Shown: positions 14,502-29,100 of the stretch, piece by piece
Layout of the letters: every line of letters begins with the position of its first letter
Numbering within the stretch: position 1 is the first letter of the stretch
From: Podarcis vaucheri
Lineage: Eukaryota
NCBI GenBank assembly: GCA_965113315.1
Contig: OZ220372.1
Direction: 5' to 3' (one strand)
Length of the DNA: 64,000 bases
Program-made: the position numbers and the translations under genes
The notes under the pieces: model-generated
What the model was told of the DNA's origin: nothing
The model's database searches: none
The model's input: only the letters and a program-made list of their open reading frames with translations

Positions 14502-15051
14502 CCGTATTTTTCGTCCTATAGGACGCACTTTTTCCCCTCCCAAAATGAAGGGGAAATGAGTGTGCGTCCTATGGGGCGAATGCAGGCTTTCGCTGAAGCC
14601 TGGAGAGCGAGAGGGGTCGGTGCGCACCGACCCCTCTCGCTCTCCAGGCTTCAGGAGAGCCCCACAGCCAGACCCACAAGCTCGGGGGACAGTGGGGAGG
14701 CGCAGCGCGCCTTTCCCGCTGTCCCCCGACTTGGTTAGAAGGCTGGCGGGGGGAGAAGCCTGCTCCTCCCCATCGCCAGCCCCGCAAACTCGGGAGACAG
14801 CGGGAGAGGCGCAGCACGCCTTTCCCGCTGTCCCCCGACTTGGTTAGAAGGCTGGCGGGGGCTTCCCCCTCCTCCAGCCCCGCAAGCTCCTAGAGCCATG
14901 CCAAAGCTGCACACAGCTTCGGCATCGCTCTGGGTCCTGTTCTGGGGGCCCCGTGCCTGGGGGAGGGGAAAATAATTCCCCCCCCTTTATTCCCCCCCCC
15001 AATCTAGGTGCGTCCTATGGGCCGGAGCGTCCTATAGGGCGAAAAATACGG
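14502..15051. mobile_element. CCGTA-TIR MITE subfamily B (~550 bp) with GC-rich palindromic interior
   Basis: TA-CCGTATTTTTCG ... CGAAAAATACGG termini, ATAGGACGCAC motifs, 62-bp perfect palindrome at 14593-14654, internal direct repeat. Confidence 0.85.
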
Positions 15052-16195
15052 GACTTCGGATCATCTTGCCTTGCTTTGTCAGCAAGCTGCTTGTGGCCCT
15101 GCTCTTTTGACCATAATAAAACTTTGATTCTTGATCCTTGTTAGGCCTGATAGCTCATAATGATAAACCATAAATATTTCTATTTAAATCTGCAGTCCAG
15201 TCTGATTATCTTAAGGATTTAAACATTTACACTTATGTAACCTTCATCTTTTAATAGCAGCTTTTTTGGTTTGTTTTCAGGTCTGATCATATTTTTAGGT
15301 CTTCTGAACAATTTTGTAGTAAATCTTTACATTTTGTAAATATTAAGTATCCTCTGTTGATTGTTCTTACTTACATTTTAAAATGGACATGTCTGTCAAA
15401 GGCTGACTACCTTCGACTTTACTTTTTATACCTCTGCTTGTGAGTTTGCAAAGCAGCATTGTACTAACACATATTGCCATTTCTGTACGCCTGTAGATGC
15501 ATGTGGCTTTTTTTTAAAGACTGGTTTAAAATTATATTGAAATAATCTGTTTGACTTGGGCTGAAATGCACCCTGGTAAAGAGGCATGCAAGCTGGTGTG
15601 AAAATGTAAAGGTATTAAATATATTGGGTGCTTACCAGCTGCTCATTCTTTATACCATGATGTGAAAAAAGTTAATTTTGGAAGAAGAAATGCAATCAGA
15701 TTTTGTATGTATCATAAAACTTCCTGTGCCATATTTAGTTCTTGACATTGTCCTTTGTGGTTTTAGGTGAGCAGCGCATTGTGGTATTTAGAACTATCTT
15801 AGTGGGGTAAAACCTTCATCCTGCTCACATATGTTTGCTTACAGTTCACACACTAACCAATAGCATGCTGCAGTGGTTTGCACTGTGGAAATTGCTGAGG
15901 ATGCATTAAGCATAGTTTCTAACTTTGGTGCTTTTCATTTGCATGTTGCCTCAGTTTACAGCCATTCTTCTTTGTGAAGCACTAGATCTTGAAGTGTTGG
16001 TCTTTTTCTTTCTTTCACAGAATTTATTCAGTCCTCGCTTACTAATGAGGATATGAAAGCAGGATCTGATTAGCTTACTAACCTGTTTTTTTAAAGTCTG
16101 GTTTCATATTATGGTTAATAAATAGAGATGGAACCACTGTTTCCCCATTTGGTTGTAGCAGAAACTGTAGTTCAGAGTTCTAACAGGATCTAATA

Positions 16196-16269
16196 CAGGG
16201 GTGGGCAGACTTAAAGGCTGGTGGGATCTATTTTACTTGAACCCTAAGGTTCTGCTCACCTCACCCCTG
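16196..16269. mobile_element. Very short hAT-like MITE
   Basis: CAGGGGTG ... CACCCCTG ends with imperfect 8-bp flanks atctaata / gcctaata. Confidence 0.5.
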
Positions 16270-16537
16270 GCCTAATAGATACATTGGTTTCTGCATGTTC
16301 CCATGTTACCTATCTTACCTGAGGAAAACAGACATTGTCTATCAAGTTTTAAAAACACTTCTAAATCTTAAGATGAGAAGAAATCATATGTGCCTCATAG
16401 AACTGGCTTGGCAATTATCTTGATGTTATATTGAAGTAACTGTAGAAGCCAAGCAAAGTGAAGTGCTGTATGTTTGACTGCAGATCTGTAAAGAAGTATG
16501 TGCATGAGCTTCTCTGAATAAGTATATTTACTTTATA

Positions 16538-16732
16538 CAGTGGTACCTCAGGTTAAGAACTTAATTCTTTCTGGAGGTCCATTCTTAACCTGAGGTACCA
16601 CTTTAGCTAATGAGGCCTCCTGCTGCCGCACGATTTCTGTTCTCCTCCTGAAGCAAAGTTCTTAACCCGAGGTACTGTTTCTGGGTTAGCGGAGTCTGTA
16701 ACCTGAAGCATCTGTAACCAGAGGTACCACTG
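16538..16732. mobile_element. Tigger/pogo-like MITE, shorter relative of the 5255 copy
   Basis: TA-CAGTGGTACCTC ... GAGGTACCACTG-TA; interior shared with 5255-5496. Confidence 0.87.
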
Positions 16733-18557
16733 TACAGTACTCAATAAAATACTTGAAGATAAGTACAAAAAATGCACAGCATGCAGTAAACTTGCCCAGC
16801 TTGCTCACCTCCCCTTACTGCAGTTACAAAATTGCCCTGGGTGAAGTGTCTAAAATTGCTGTAGGTGAGTGTAAAATGTAAAATGTATGCAACTCTCTAT
16901 CCTGGTGATTGTTCTTTCTGACATATGAAAATGAAACTTCCATTATCAGATGTGTGTGTTACAATTACAGTTTTGACATATTAAATTCTAACCCAGAAGC
17001 TTCAGGGTTTCTCAAATGATTGAAAATAAACAGAAAAAACTACAGCAATATTTCTAGATGGTATTTCAGGAAAACTTCTGACAAACTTTTGAACAACTCA
17101 AATTACAGCATTTAAATGAGTCAATAGACAGGCCAGCCCTTTGTTCAACCTTCATTGCACCTGTAGCAATAGATTAAGTATTTGCCATGTAAATGTTCGT
17201 TTTCAGGTTTCTACAAAGCAGGGAACAACCATAATATTTTTAATTAATTTAACAGGATTTATGTACCACTTAATCATCAAAACGTCTATGCAATTTAGAT
17301 AATTCATTTTGAAGTTGCTATTATGGAATACTTTCTATTCATTTAATAAAATTTGCATATCACTGGACTGTAGAAATACAATCTATCTCTGGGCTTCTGG
17401 GTAGATTCATAAAGGTCATGATATATAGATATTGATATTTGGCTGGATCTAGCTTCAATTTGGCCATGGCTTGCTCAGTGGCCTGTGTGTTTTTCCAGTC
17501 TTGGTATATTTCCAGCCTGCTTTCTTTCCATACTTTAATCTTGAAATTTCTCAGTTGCCCTCAGAAATGGAAACTTTTAAAAAAAGTTTTCTTTAAAATT
17601 TTCTTTTATGCATTTTCATCTTTAATGTGGTTTAATTAATGTGGTTTAATGTGGTTGCATTAAGATACATCTTTGTTTACATAAGAGCATATGACATGCA
17701 ACAATTACATAAAATTAAAAGTAAACAACTATAAACACTCAGATAAATGTTAATAAATATATTAACAAAGTTATGTTGAAGTGTATCTATCAAAATTACT
17801 ACAATCGGTACATATATGAAATGATATATAGTAATGTGTATTGCTTAGATTGCTGACCATAAGTAAAAGGTATTTTGTATCAATAAACTAAACAATTGTC
17901 ATCTAATAAAGATGCCAATGAAGAGGTTTTAGGTGAAAAAGATGGTTTATTGATCCTAGATTCCTAAGCATGCATTTATTACATCGGATTCTCCTCCATA
18001 AACTGTTTTTCTCATCTCTTTACCTATCCATAATAGGTTTTTGATGTTTGTCTTAACTGAACAAGATGTTAAACATGAAAGGAAATGGAATAGTAGTTTT
18101 GATTTTAAAAAGCTAAAGCAATTAGACAGGCTAATTTAATCTGTCGTAATGAGTTTGTAGGTGTTTGCTTGCAAACCAAGCAAAGACCAGCTAACAAAAT
18201 CTGAGACTACTCTGTATAGACTTAATACAGAACATTCTTAAAGCCAGTTGACACATGCATGCCTGTCATTTTTAATCTCATCACTTGATTACTCAACACT
18301 TGATGGCATGATCCTACAGATAATCATCACTGTCTATTTATATTTTATTGAAAACTTGTGATTTTAACTAATCTCCTAGTTTTATTGACTTTTTTCTTAG
18401 TCAACCTGTGCTTCAGCATGGAGGAAGAGTGGGATTCAAAAATACAAAATAATTAAATGAAGCAGAATATACACTGACCACTGAAAAGCCTTTTGTTTGA
18501 GGTGATATAAGATGGAGATGGTGGTTGATTTAGGATTTGCTCAGTCACATGTAAGGA

Positions 18558-18798
18558 CAGTAGTACCTTGGTTGTCAAGCATTATCCATTCCAGAAGTCC
18601 ATTCGACTTCCAAAATGTTTGAAAACTAATGCACAGCTTCTGATTGGTGCAGGTGCCCTGGAAACAATAGCCAACAGCTGCATCTGACGTTCGGCTTCCA
18701 AAAAACATTTGAAACCTGGAACACATACTTCTGGGTTTTCAGCATTCGGGAGCTGAAATGTCTAAGTACCAAGGCGTTTGAGAACCAAGGTTCCACTG
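18558..18798. mobile_element. Tigger/pogo-like MITE, diverged
   Basis: CAGTAGTACCTTGGTT ... AACCAAGGTTCCACTG-TA. Confidence 0.75.
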
Positions 18799-20166
18799 TA
18801 CTAGATTATACAGCTGTAAAGCCATTGAACATAAATGTGTTCAGTGCTCTATATTAGCTTGTTAAAAAACTATTCACTCTGTTAGCTTGTTAGCTTCTTG
18901 CTCTGTGTTAGCTTGTTAAGAGATTATGGGTTTTGTTTTTGTAAATTAATGGACTTCATTTAACTGCTCTGTGGCATTTTTGTGTGTAAAATCTTTTTCC
19001 CCTGTCTTGTTGAGAGTTCTGCTTTCTACCTTGTTCTCTAAAACAAAGCAAAAAACACATTTCTGCTTTGCCACTCTAAATAGACATGATTTCATCAGCT
19101 GTGACTGTTAATTTTGTTTCTTGTGGAAATTTAAATGGCATATGATTTTACTGAACACAATCAAGGTCTAAGATTGGTGTTCAGTTTCACTGCTCAAAGG
19201 CTGTGGCTGTTACTTTGATAAAAATTAGAGACATCTGTTAGTCACAATGGTTCTGATACAGTTTTATTGGCAAACTATGAGGGAGGCTTAGTGCTGGAAT
19301 GATGTAAGAATCCTTGGAAGAATCCTTGCTGGGGGGGAGAAAACTACTTTGATTCGCCCCCCCCTTTAATCATGATCATGGGATTCTGATTATGTAGCTC
19401 CCAAACCATTTAGAAGGCTTAGTGTTAACAGATCTAGGACTCTTTCCCCAATCTCATGAAGCATTTATGTAGTTGTAAAAGTCTTTTTAACAACATGGAA
19501 AAGCAGAACAGGACGGAAACGTCACATTTTTAACAGTCATTAAAATAGCTTTAGTTTCTTCTAAAAACTGAACCAGGGGAGGGACAAGGCTTGAACTTCA
19601 ATTTGGGCACATCAAGACTTGGCCTTTGGAACCTATTTTCAGTGCTCAGACAAGTGAAAACAGTAGGGATGTCTCTGTATATTCCTAACACTTTGCTTAC
19701 CACTTGTTACCACAAGCATTTCCCACATACCTGGCATTATCCAGACATCATTCCCAGGCCAAAGGATACAAGCTGCAGTTAAGTTTGAGCTCCTGTTTCT
19801 ACCATTTCAGAATACTGGGAAGGAAGCAACACAATCCACTGGTATGAAGGATAGATTTAATTAGTGCCCAGTTCCTGGAAGGTGTCTTTCAACTTCCCCA
19901 TTCAAATAAACCTGTTACTTGGAGAAAAGGTTGGAAGCTTAGAAATTCCTGTTGGCTATGTTAATTCATTTTGCGTTACATGCACTGTTGAACATAATGT
20001 GAAATTAAAAGTACCATAAAAAGTTAAGTGCCAGGTAACTCCACCGAAAACGGCCTTTAATGGGAGAACAAGCATGGCCCTAAATCTACTTGAACAGTTC
20101 TTAGAGGCAATTTTATACAAACAGAAAAAAGATTTTTGCTAGTGAAATCTGAAACATTTAAAAGTA

Positions 20167-20407
20167 CATTGGTAGCTCGGTTTACAAACTTAATCCGTTC
20201 TGGAAGTCCGTTCTTAAACCAAAAACGTTCTTAAACCGAGACACGCTTTCCCTAATGAGGCCCCCTGCCGCCGGTGCCCTTCCACTGTTCGGATTCCATT
20301 CTTAGACCAAGGTAAAGTTCTCAAACCAAGACACTATTTCTGGTTTTGCAGAGTTTGTAAACCAAATCGTTCTTAAACCGGACTGTTCTTAAACCGAGGT
20401 ACTACTG
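20167..20407. mobile_element. Tigger/pogo-like MITE
   Basis: TA-CATTGGTAGCTCGGTTTA ... TAAACCGAGGTACTACTG-TA; internal GTTCTTAAACC repeats. Confidence 0.8.
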
Positions 20408-23400
20408 TAGTTGCTTGCACTACTCCTGACATTTAGTATCATATATTGGAAGGCTTAAAACTGTTCCTTTCAAATGATTTTACATATATATTAGGATGCG
20501 AGTTAGGTTTTTGTTTCCTAAAGTTTCTGCTGTATTTTATTATTCTGAATAAAAACATGGTAATTTCTTTTTGTGTACTCTGTGATTAACTTTGGAGTTC
20601 TATGTTAGTATGAATTCTGTGCATGGCAAGCATTTTTATTTTTACCTGCAAGAAACAAAAAATAGATGGCTTATGTGACTTTAATATGTTAGATGCTGAA
20701 ATTTTGTGGAATATCAACAACTTTGGCTCCCTTCCTAGTTGCATTGAATTTGACTCAAATAAAAATAGCAGTGAGTAGACAAAGGGTGAAGGTTATTGGA
20801 AGAATTTTGTTATCATGTCAGTAATATTTTGGCATGGGCATTGCTCTGAACGATGTAGTAGCGTACAATGAAAGTGCTTCACTTGTGATAGTGTGTTCTC
20901 CCAATTGTGTTGTGCCAGCACTAAAATTATATCATTAATGCAGTTCTTTTAGTCTGCATTTTTGTATGTATCTTTAAATGTTTGTTACTCAATGAGCCCA
21001 AGCAATAGTGCTAGAAAAAAAAGTTAAAATATAAAAAGAAGTATTCTTGTGGTCGTGATTGACAGTGATATTCTGCATTGGTTAGAGCTAGTGGGTTAAG
21101 GTTAAGCCTGTAAAAGTTTGGATTGTAATGGGGGCATATAGGGAGGAAAAGCTGCTATATTTTGTTGAAGCTGCTTTGTAGCCGATTGTAGCAGTCTTGT
21201 AAATAAGCCCATGAAAGGTACTTACATGTGGCAGGTGGAGAGGATAATTTCTAGCCAGGGTGAGGGCTGGTTGAAGTGGGATGAAGAGCTCTGCCCCTTA
21301 CACTTGTATGCATGGCAACCTGCTTGATTTCTATTATGTATGTAGAGAAGTGATAGATTGGCCAGCCTACTCACTCAGCTGTGCAGTTCCTTGTCAGCTT
21401 ATGGCTACTAGGCAAGTCTTAAATGTGCTGAAATATAAGGCTGGATTATAGTTAGGTACTTAATATATACTGAGCTCAATGTTCCCAGCTGAAGCTCTTG
21501 ATTTTCTCATGGTGAGCAAACCGGCAGTATACCCTTTTGGAATAATTTTAAGTTAAATAAACCATAAGTCCTATCTGAATTTGAAAATATCTGTTGTGGA
21601 AATACAAAACTTTCCAGTTGAACTTGAAATAAGTCATAATTGTAACTCAGGCATTGAAAGCTGCTTGACAGTAGCGTTTCTTTTGACTAAATTCACTTTA
21701 CAGATTTAATCCTGTTGCAGAAAGGATTTTAATGAGGCTTCTGAAAATATAGTAAATGTAGCAAATTCTTGGAATAAAGTTGGAATAAGCAAACAAAGTT
21801 TTTGCAAATTGCATGTTGCTGAAAAATCACTTGGCAGAGATCCCATAGGGTTCACTTTTTCATGAGATGTGATATACAAATTTAATAATCATAAACCTAA
21901 CCTACATGCGTTGGCTTTTATTGGCATTGGTTTGGCAGGTCTTGTGGCCAAACTTCCATCATGGGGTGGATGTGATGCCAACTCACAGAAGGCACTGTAC
22001 TGGAAGTGCAGATGACCACGCCAAGCGACCCAAATCTTGTATTTTCTCCCTGCTGGTGCTACTTTAAGTGGGTTGCTTCACATTACTGCATGATAGAGTG
22101 TGTCCTGGGTAGCAGCTGTATAGAACTTGTGATTGTACACAAAACTCTGAGGATTGTTGCTGCAGGTCATGTATTTTCTGTTTCTTGATAGTTAGACAAG
22201 CAGTGCTGTCTTACAGCTGCTGACACTGCGACTGGCTGTAGACTACCCTTTGCGGGAGTTAGTACCGGAGGTGGTGTTAAGAGCTGCAGTGATTCATTGT
22301 GTATTTATGGTGTGCTTTAGCTGGCATTAGTGGGATGTGATCACATATTCACAAATGGTCTTGTGGTGTTTTAACAATGGTTATAGCTGCTGCTTCTGCT
22401 ACCACTAGTGTTTATTCAGTAAACATTTGTGGTAGAAATTGTGCATCACAAGTTGTGCTGTTAAAATATGACTACGTAGATGAAGTCAATGCACATCTGA
22501 CTGCCTAAGATGTGATTACAAAGCCATCTATGCTCCAAATTTTTCCAAAAGTTTTATTTCTAGGATATTAGCCATGGAGATCAGATTAGCTTCCCTAACA
22601 TCGCATAGGACAATTGTTGTGAACTGCATGCCAACTTTTGCATTCCAGTGTTATGTAACACTTTATTGCTTTTTGAAGGAACTTAGAGGACTCGGTTGTG
22701 TAACCAGTGTTGTAGAGATTGGCATGGTAGCTGTTTGACCTTCACATATAACGTTTCTTTTAAAAGGTATGGGATTTGTTAGCCTGCTTCATAATAAATG
22801 CAAAATCAGACCTCTAATATAATACCTCTTATCCCTTCTTGAAGTGATATATTTATATAATTTTGAGGTTGTAAAGGATTCTTCACTCTAGTAACACATT
22901 CTTTTGCAGGATGGCCGATACTTTCCATCGTTCCTGGAAGAGGAAAATACAGATTCAGTCATCCTTTTTAATACTTATTGGGGAGCAGTGAACAGAATGA
23001 AAACTCATTAGTATTTAATACTTTGCTTCTTCATATCTGGCAATTTCAGTTTGTCTTTAAGAATATATTAATGCGCAGTTCAGAATAGTAAACACAGTGT
23101 GTCTAGAAACTTCTTAATTCTTTGGAATTTCAGAATTCTTTTTATTTCATACGCAGTATTCAGCATAAACTTTAATTATTTCTCTATTTCTTAGCATGTA
23201 ATATACACAGTTTAGCTGTGACAACTAAACTGCAATTTGAAAGGCAGGCATTGTGGTTGTGGTAGGGCTGGTCATTTATATTTTAAAAGAGAAATGCTTA
23301 GTGTTTGTTTTCATCTTCCCCATTTCTTCTCACATTGAGATTTGCCACTTGTCTATGTTGAATTATACCATCTTCAGAGATTCACAAAAGACTTAAGTGG

Positions 23401-23714
23401 GGCAGAAGGAAGGTAATAAGCAGTGTTAGAAATTAGCCAGGTGCATTTTGCTACTGGCGTGGGTCTAGTTGCGGCCACATGAAATCCATATTGGTTCCAT
23501 AATTTTTGATCATGCATGCAGTATGCAAAAATCCCAGTGTGTTAAAAACTGTGAAGCTAGCCAATGCCTCTACTTAGCTCCATCCTTATTTCAGACATTG
23601 TGACATAGCCATATATCACAATGTTGAAAACCAGATATCGCCCAGCCCTAATCTCTAGATGCCAGGTTGGTGACTGATATCTCCAGCTTTCTTAACCAGG
23701 TAAGCAGAAGAGCT

Positions 23715-23890
23715 TATTTATGTTTTTATAGCCCACTTTTTTATCCAAGGAGTACATGCTTTACCCCCCCCCCCATTTAATCTCTACAAAGACCCTGTGA
23801 GGTAGGGTTAGAGGCCCAAGGTAACTCAGTGAGCTTCATGACAGTGGGGTTTCGAATCCTGATTTCCCAGGTTTTAGTCCAGTACTCTGA
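23715..23890 (-). mobile_element. MIR/CORE-like SINE (weaker relative at ~8850-8990)
   Basis: CCCTGTGAGGTAGG...GGCCCAAGGT.AC.CAGTGAGCTTCATG...TTCGAATCC...CACCACACTGGCT; reverse B box and tRNA-like head. Confidence 0.6.
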
Positions 23891-25448
23891 CCACTTCACC
23901 ACACTGGCTTCCTAGAGTACTTCTGCTATGGGGAGCTATATAAATTAAGTAGGTAAATAAATGTGGGGGAAATTTCACTTAGAGAAGGATCTGAAATATT
24001 TTCTTTGAAGCTCAAATTTGTTTTATTCTGGATTATTTTATTTGATGTTTTAATGTGTTGTAAACAGCTTTGAGATTTTTTCCCTTTAAAATATTAAGTG
24101 GTATAGAAATGAAAATCATCATCATCACACCACTTTAAAAAAGGCACCTAGACATCCACTGTGGCAACCGTAACCTAGGTTTAAGGTTCTGTTTGGTGAT
24201 TAGCTTATATATTTGAGTTCCTAACACTGTTAATAAGATGTAGGGACTTGATTATATAGGCTCCTTGAACCATGACAACCTACAGAGTTCTGGTTTTGAA
24301 TCCTGAGAAATAGCCTCCAAACTGTTCTCATTCAGGCTTTTGAAAAATAGAATGGCGCAAAACCAAGGACAACATGTGCCTTAAAATACAAAGTAATGAG
24401 AAACAGACTTCTCTGTTGGTAAGACTGTGTATGAATAATATCATAGGTATCTTGCTGTATGATGCATTTAGGTCATATTGTTCATCCTTAACAGTACTGA
24501 CATTTCCTGGTCATTCTCTTGTTCTGTCCAGCATTCTTGCAGAATAACCAGTCTTTTACTTTGAATTCTCTTTCATCCTTACTGCACTTCATGTTTTCTT
24601 GTTTACACCTCATTCAGAAATATATAAAAATGCTACATGGCGCAATAATTAAATACTTCAGAGATTCAAAACCATATCCTTTTGGCTTCCTTATCATTAG
24701 GCCTTATACACAATTACCACAGCAAACCTCTGAGTTATTCATAACACCAAATGTCTCTTTTGGTTATGCAAGCTAAAAAAATAATGCCTTTGGACACATT
24801 AATCCACTAATCCTTACAACCACCCTGTAGGGCATATCAGTATTTTTAAAAACTCAGTTTGGAAGGACAGGTGAAAATGTATAATCTGTTTTTACTTGAA
24901 AGTAGTCAGGACAATTTAAGAGATTTAGAAGCAGGAATACAAACACTGCAACCACCTAAACAAGCATTTATTTATTTTATTTATGGTTTGCTTCCTGTTA
25001 AATAACTTTGAGATCTTTCATAATAAAAACAGCAACAATAAAAGCACATAAAAATAATTTCAAGCATTAAAAACAATATGACATCTGCCATTAACTGAAA
25101 TAAAGCAGTAAAACCCACACTCAAAATCTAAAGCATACCAAATTGCAGCTTTCAGGCATAGGATATCGTACTGTGACGTAGAAAGAAGGCCTGGCAAGAA
25201 TAAGGCTTTCAGGTGCTTCTTGAAGCATGAGAGAAATTGGTCTAGACCAGTCTCCCTAGAGAGTGGGTTCTGGAGCTGTTTTCCAGCTGAAAACTGAATT
25301 CCACTAGCACAGGAAAATTCTAAATGGGACTCTTTGTTCCCTACATGCAAAGGCGTAAGCTTGTGCTGAAGCTCAGAGCTATCCAGTTAGTTTTTGCCTA
25401 GCTACCAATTGGTGGTAGCAGGCTGTGGGGGAAGAGGTGTTTCCAGTT

Positions 25449-26168
25449 CTTTTTTAAATATTTATATTAATTATGGTGATTTCAGTTAAAATAAATAAAG
25501 TGAAACAGAAAAAAGGGGAAAGTGAGAGGGAGAAAAACAATAACAATGATACATTTAAAAACACAAATATACAAAAAAAGAAGAAGCAATATACGATATC
25601 CCCATACATTCTTATATAAATAGGTAGAGTGTTAATGTCCTGGTGCTTATGTAAATGTTAATAGCCTACGACATTATGTATAAACTCATTCCAAATTTTA
25701 TCGTATTTATCCATACAGAGTCTGTGCCTGTAAGCAGTCTGTTCATAAATTGCGAGTGATGTCATATCATCTGTCCATTGATTGAAAGCTATCATATCTT
25801 TATTTTTCCAATTCCTCAATATCAATCTCTTGGCCACCACTGGGGCATGGAAAATCCATTTTCATTGTCTCGTTGATAATTTCCATACTGCAGGTATATA
25901 GTTCAATAAAATATTCGCTGCTGAAAGATTTAACTTTCTGCACAGTCATAGTTACACAGTCCAGCAATTTCTCCCAAAACTTGTTAAGTAAAGAACACTG
26001 TACAAACATGTGTTTCAGAGAGGCATTGTCCAACACTGAACTGTCTTAGCTAACCCTTTTTTATACAACTGTAAAGGGGTCCAATAAACTCTAAATATTA
26101 TTTTCTGTTGTATTAGTCTTAATTTTAAATCTAATGACACCTTAGGTATTGAAGCTAATACATTTTCT
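25449..26168 (-). mobile_element. 5'-truncated L1-clade LINE (ORF2 C-terminus, 3'UTR, A tail)
   Basis: Minus-strand frames LRLIQQKIIFRVYWTPLQL, ASLKHMFVQC..L.KFW and VAKRLILRNWK...YDKIW match the L1 ORF2 cysteine-rich C-terminus; T-run at the 3' end. Confidence 0.8.
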
Positions 26169-29100
26169 TTAAAAAATGTGCTACTTTAAAAATGTGCTCT
26201 ATGCGTGTGAGAGATGTCTGTTATGTATTCTGGAAAGGTGCTTTCTATACATTTGAATATTTAATAATACATTGTGCCCAAATATTGCTAGATTGTTCCT
26301 GAGGTCAAGGAACAGGTTTCCGTCTGTGTTTGGATACAGCTGGACACTATTTGAATCAAGATGGTGGACTGAAACTTTAAAAGCTGCACTGATTTTTTTT
26401 TATTTCTTTCAATTCCCAAGCAATGCCAGTTATGAGTAGTATATATTAATTGCTTAGTATGAATTATTCAAATATAAACAGTAGTTAGATCTTCACATGC
26501 AAGGCAAACTGTACCTATGAGACTAATTGGGACGTTGTTGAATTAGCCAGAAATTATAAACTTAAATCTAGAAGAAAAACATTGATTTAGAGTTCTAGTA
26601 TGTTACCTGGCATATTGCTTATATTTGAGTTAGTTCATAGGATAGGAGAACTGAGCAGGCAAACTGGTGATAGTTATAAGTATTACTAAAGGCTATATTT
26701 GAAGATGGTATTTTCCTAGGGCAGCTTCCTTGTAGAGAGGAAATGAATACAAACATTGAACGGTGACCTTATCCAAAACTATGATAAGAACTGCATTTGC
26801 CCTGCACATGCTTCACTCACACTTTGCCTTTATGCATACAAGAGTTTGTAGTTGATTTCCTCAACTTGGTAGATTTTATACCCCAAAGTGTAAAATATAG
26901 GAGCTGTTGGCACTAGCTTCTTGGCCAAGGTTTCTTTTTGTTTGCCTTCCCTTGGAACACATTAGTCTTATGTAGCCCCAGGGAAGGTGCGAATGCGGAA
27001 ACCCCAACAGTTCTCTCAGACTGATGTTTGTTTCAGGAGTTGGCATGTGCTCCCTGGCCTGGGTTTCCTTGCTTCTGCAAGGAATAATATCTGACACTGA
27101 CCTCCTTTTGGACTCTGTACAGTTCACTAATATCTTTTTGAAAAATACCATCCTATTCTGCTGTTCTTGGGTTCATGAATGCTAGAATTTTCTCCTACGC
27201 AACTGCTCTGTCCCTTCCAATCCCCTGTGCTTATGAGCATTGTGCACAGGTGTTAAAAACATCTGATTGTTTGTTGCCTAGCTACAGTTACTATAGTCTG
27301 GGATCCCATTGTTTTAATTATACTTTTTTAAAAAAGTGTGTCTAGTTGCTGACAATGCCATAGTTTGTAAATTTAAGCATTTGCAGAATAGCCGGCATGT
27401 TAATTATTTTATCTACTCTTTATCGTTTCATGTAAACAAAAACAGAATTTTGAAGATACCAGTTGCTATGCACTTGCATTTCTCATAGACTTTGTAATAT
27501 CTGTCCTTTATAAAATATCAGTGTTTTCATCTTAAAAAACTGTAATCGGAGACTGTGTACTGCATTATGCATGTGTGTGTGCTTTTAAAATTATCTTGCT
27601 CATTTAAAATTTATAAGCTCTCAAAGACAGTTTAACTCACCCATGTGAATTAAGATCAGCTAGAGAGACTTTGCTCTGGGTTGTCACCATCATCTGCAAT
27701 GAAGATATCGTCTGTTAGAAATGTGTTTTTTTCCCTTGGAGTGGCATACGTATTGTGACACTCCAAAGGGAGATTCACCAGGCTTGCTCCACTTAAAACC
27801 TTTAGGGGATTGGTTAAAAAACACAGCTGGAATTTAGAAAATATGATCAATATTTATTTCTGGGACAAAAAATTGTCTTAATTTTGGAGCAACTATATTT
27901 CCTTAAAAACAGCAACACTTAAATGTGTTTGAAAAGTTATATTGGTGACCCATAGTTGGCTTTGCTCATCCTCACTTCTATTTCCTATTCACCTTCATCT
28001 GCCCATGATGGCAGAGTCATTCAATTGACATCACTGCCCAGAGGGGGGAGGGCAGGTGTGTGTGAGCAGACTAGTGGCTGCTGACCCATCTTCCTTGTTT
28101 CCATTGCCTCTTGTTCTTTCCTGTTCAGAAGGAAATGGTGGATTAGCAGTCAACAGTGATGAGGAGAGGAGGAGCAGAGTTAAAGACCCTGAAATGGAAG
28201 GCTTACTTCTGGGTTACGGGCTTTGGAAGGTACAAGGAATATCTGACTCAGTGCCATGCCTGAATAACCTTGTTAGTGATAGGAGGATGCAAAGTGCCAA
28301 CATGGACCTAGAGAGAAAGTTGTAGTATTCTAATTTACTAGTGGACACACAAGCGTGGTAGGAAAAATATTTTTTTTTAAACAGCTCCTGTAAAAACCAT
28401 TGCGGGCAAGGACTGTGTAAGCATCATTCCTTCATGCTGCCCAGACATGTTGGTGACAGAGAGTGGGGCACAAGGATAAGGACCTCCTGGAGTTGGGGGA
28501 CAGTTTCATTAAACCTACTCCTTTTTATAGTGAGGGTGGATGGGACACTAAAAGAAACACATGGTAGCCAAGTGTGCAACTTGAACAATTGCTTTGTGGT
28601 TCTCTGCTTGTGAATAAAAAAAAAGAAAAGAAAGAAATGTCCACTGGGGAAATGGGTTGCTATTACCTGAATGTTCTATGAAGTTTCAGGGGCCTGTTTA
28701 TTTGGATCTGGAGCTAAATGAAGTTGACCAAGTTATAAGTAAAGGTTCTTCTAATCTTGCAGCTAGATGGGAGAACTGGTTGAAGGAAGTCTGGCTTCTG
28801 GCCTGGCAGTTGTATGAATGTTGTTTAATGTGCCTCCTTGATACTTAAAAAAGTTACATGCAGAAAGGAAAGTAGAGTTAAGCTTTGGAACAGACAACTA
28901 AGCATTTTTATTTGGATGAACTATCAATATACCGTAATTCGGATCATGATATAATGTGTTTAGTGCTACACATTGGGCATCTCTAATACTGAATGCTAAT
29001 TCCAATGTTGAATACCTGTCAAGTATAAATTGCCAAGAAAGGCTAGTTGTGGTTTGAATGATTCTTTTATTTTCTGTCCACATTTAGTGCCCTTATATTA

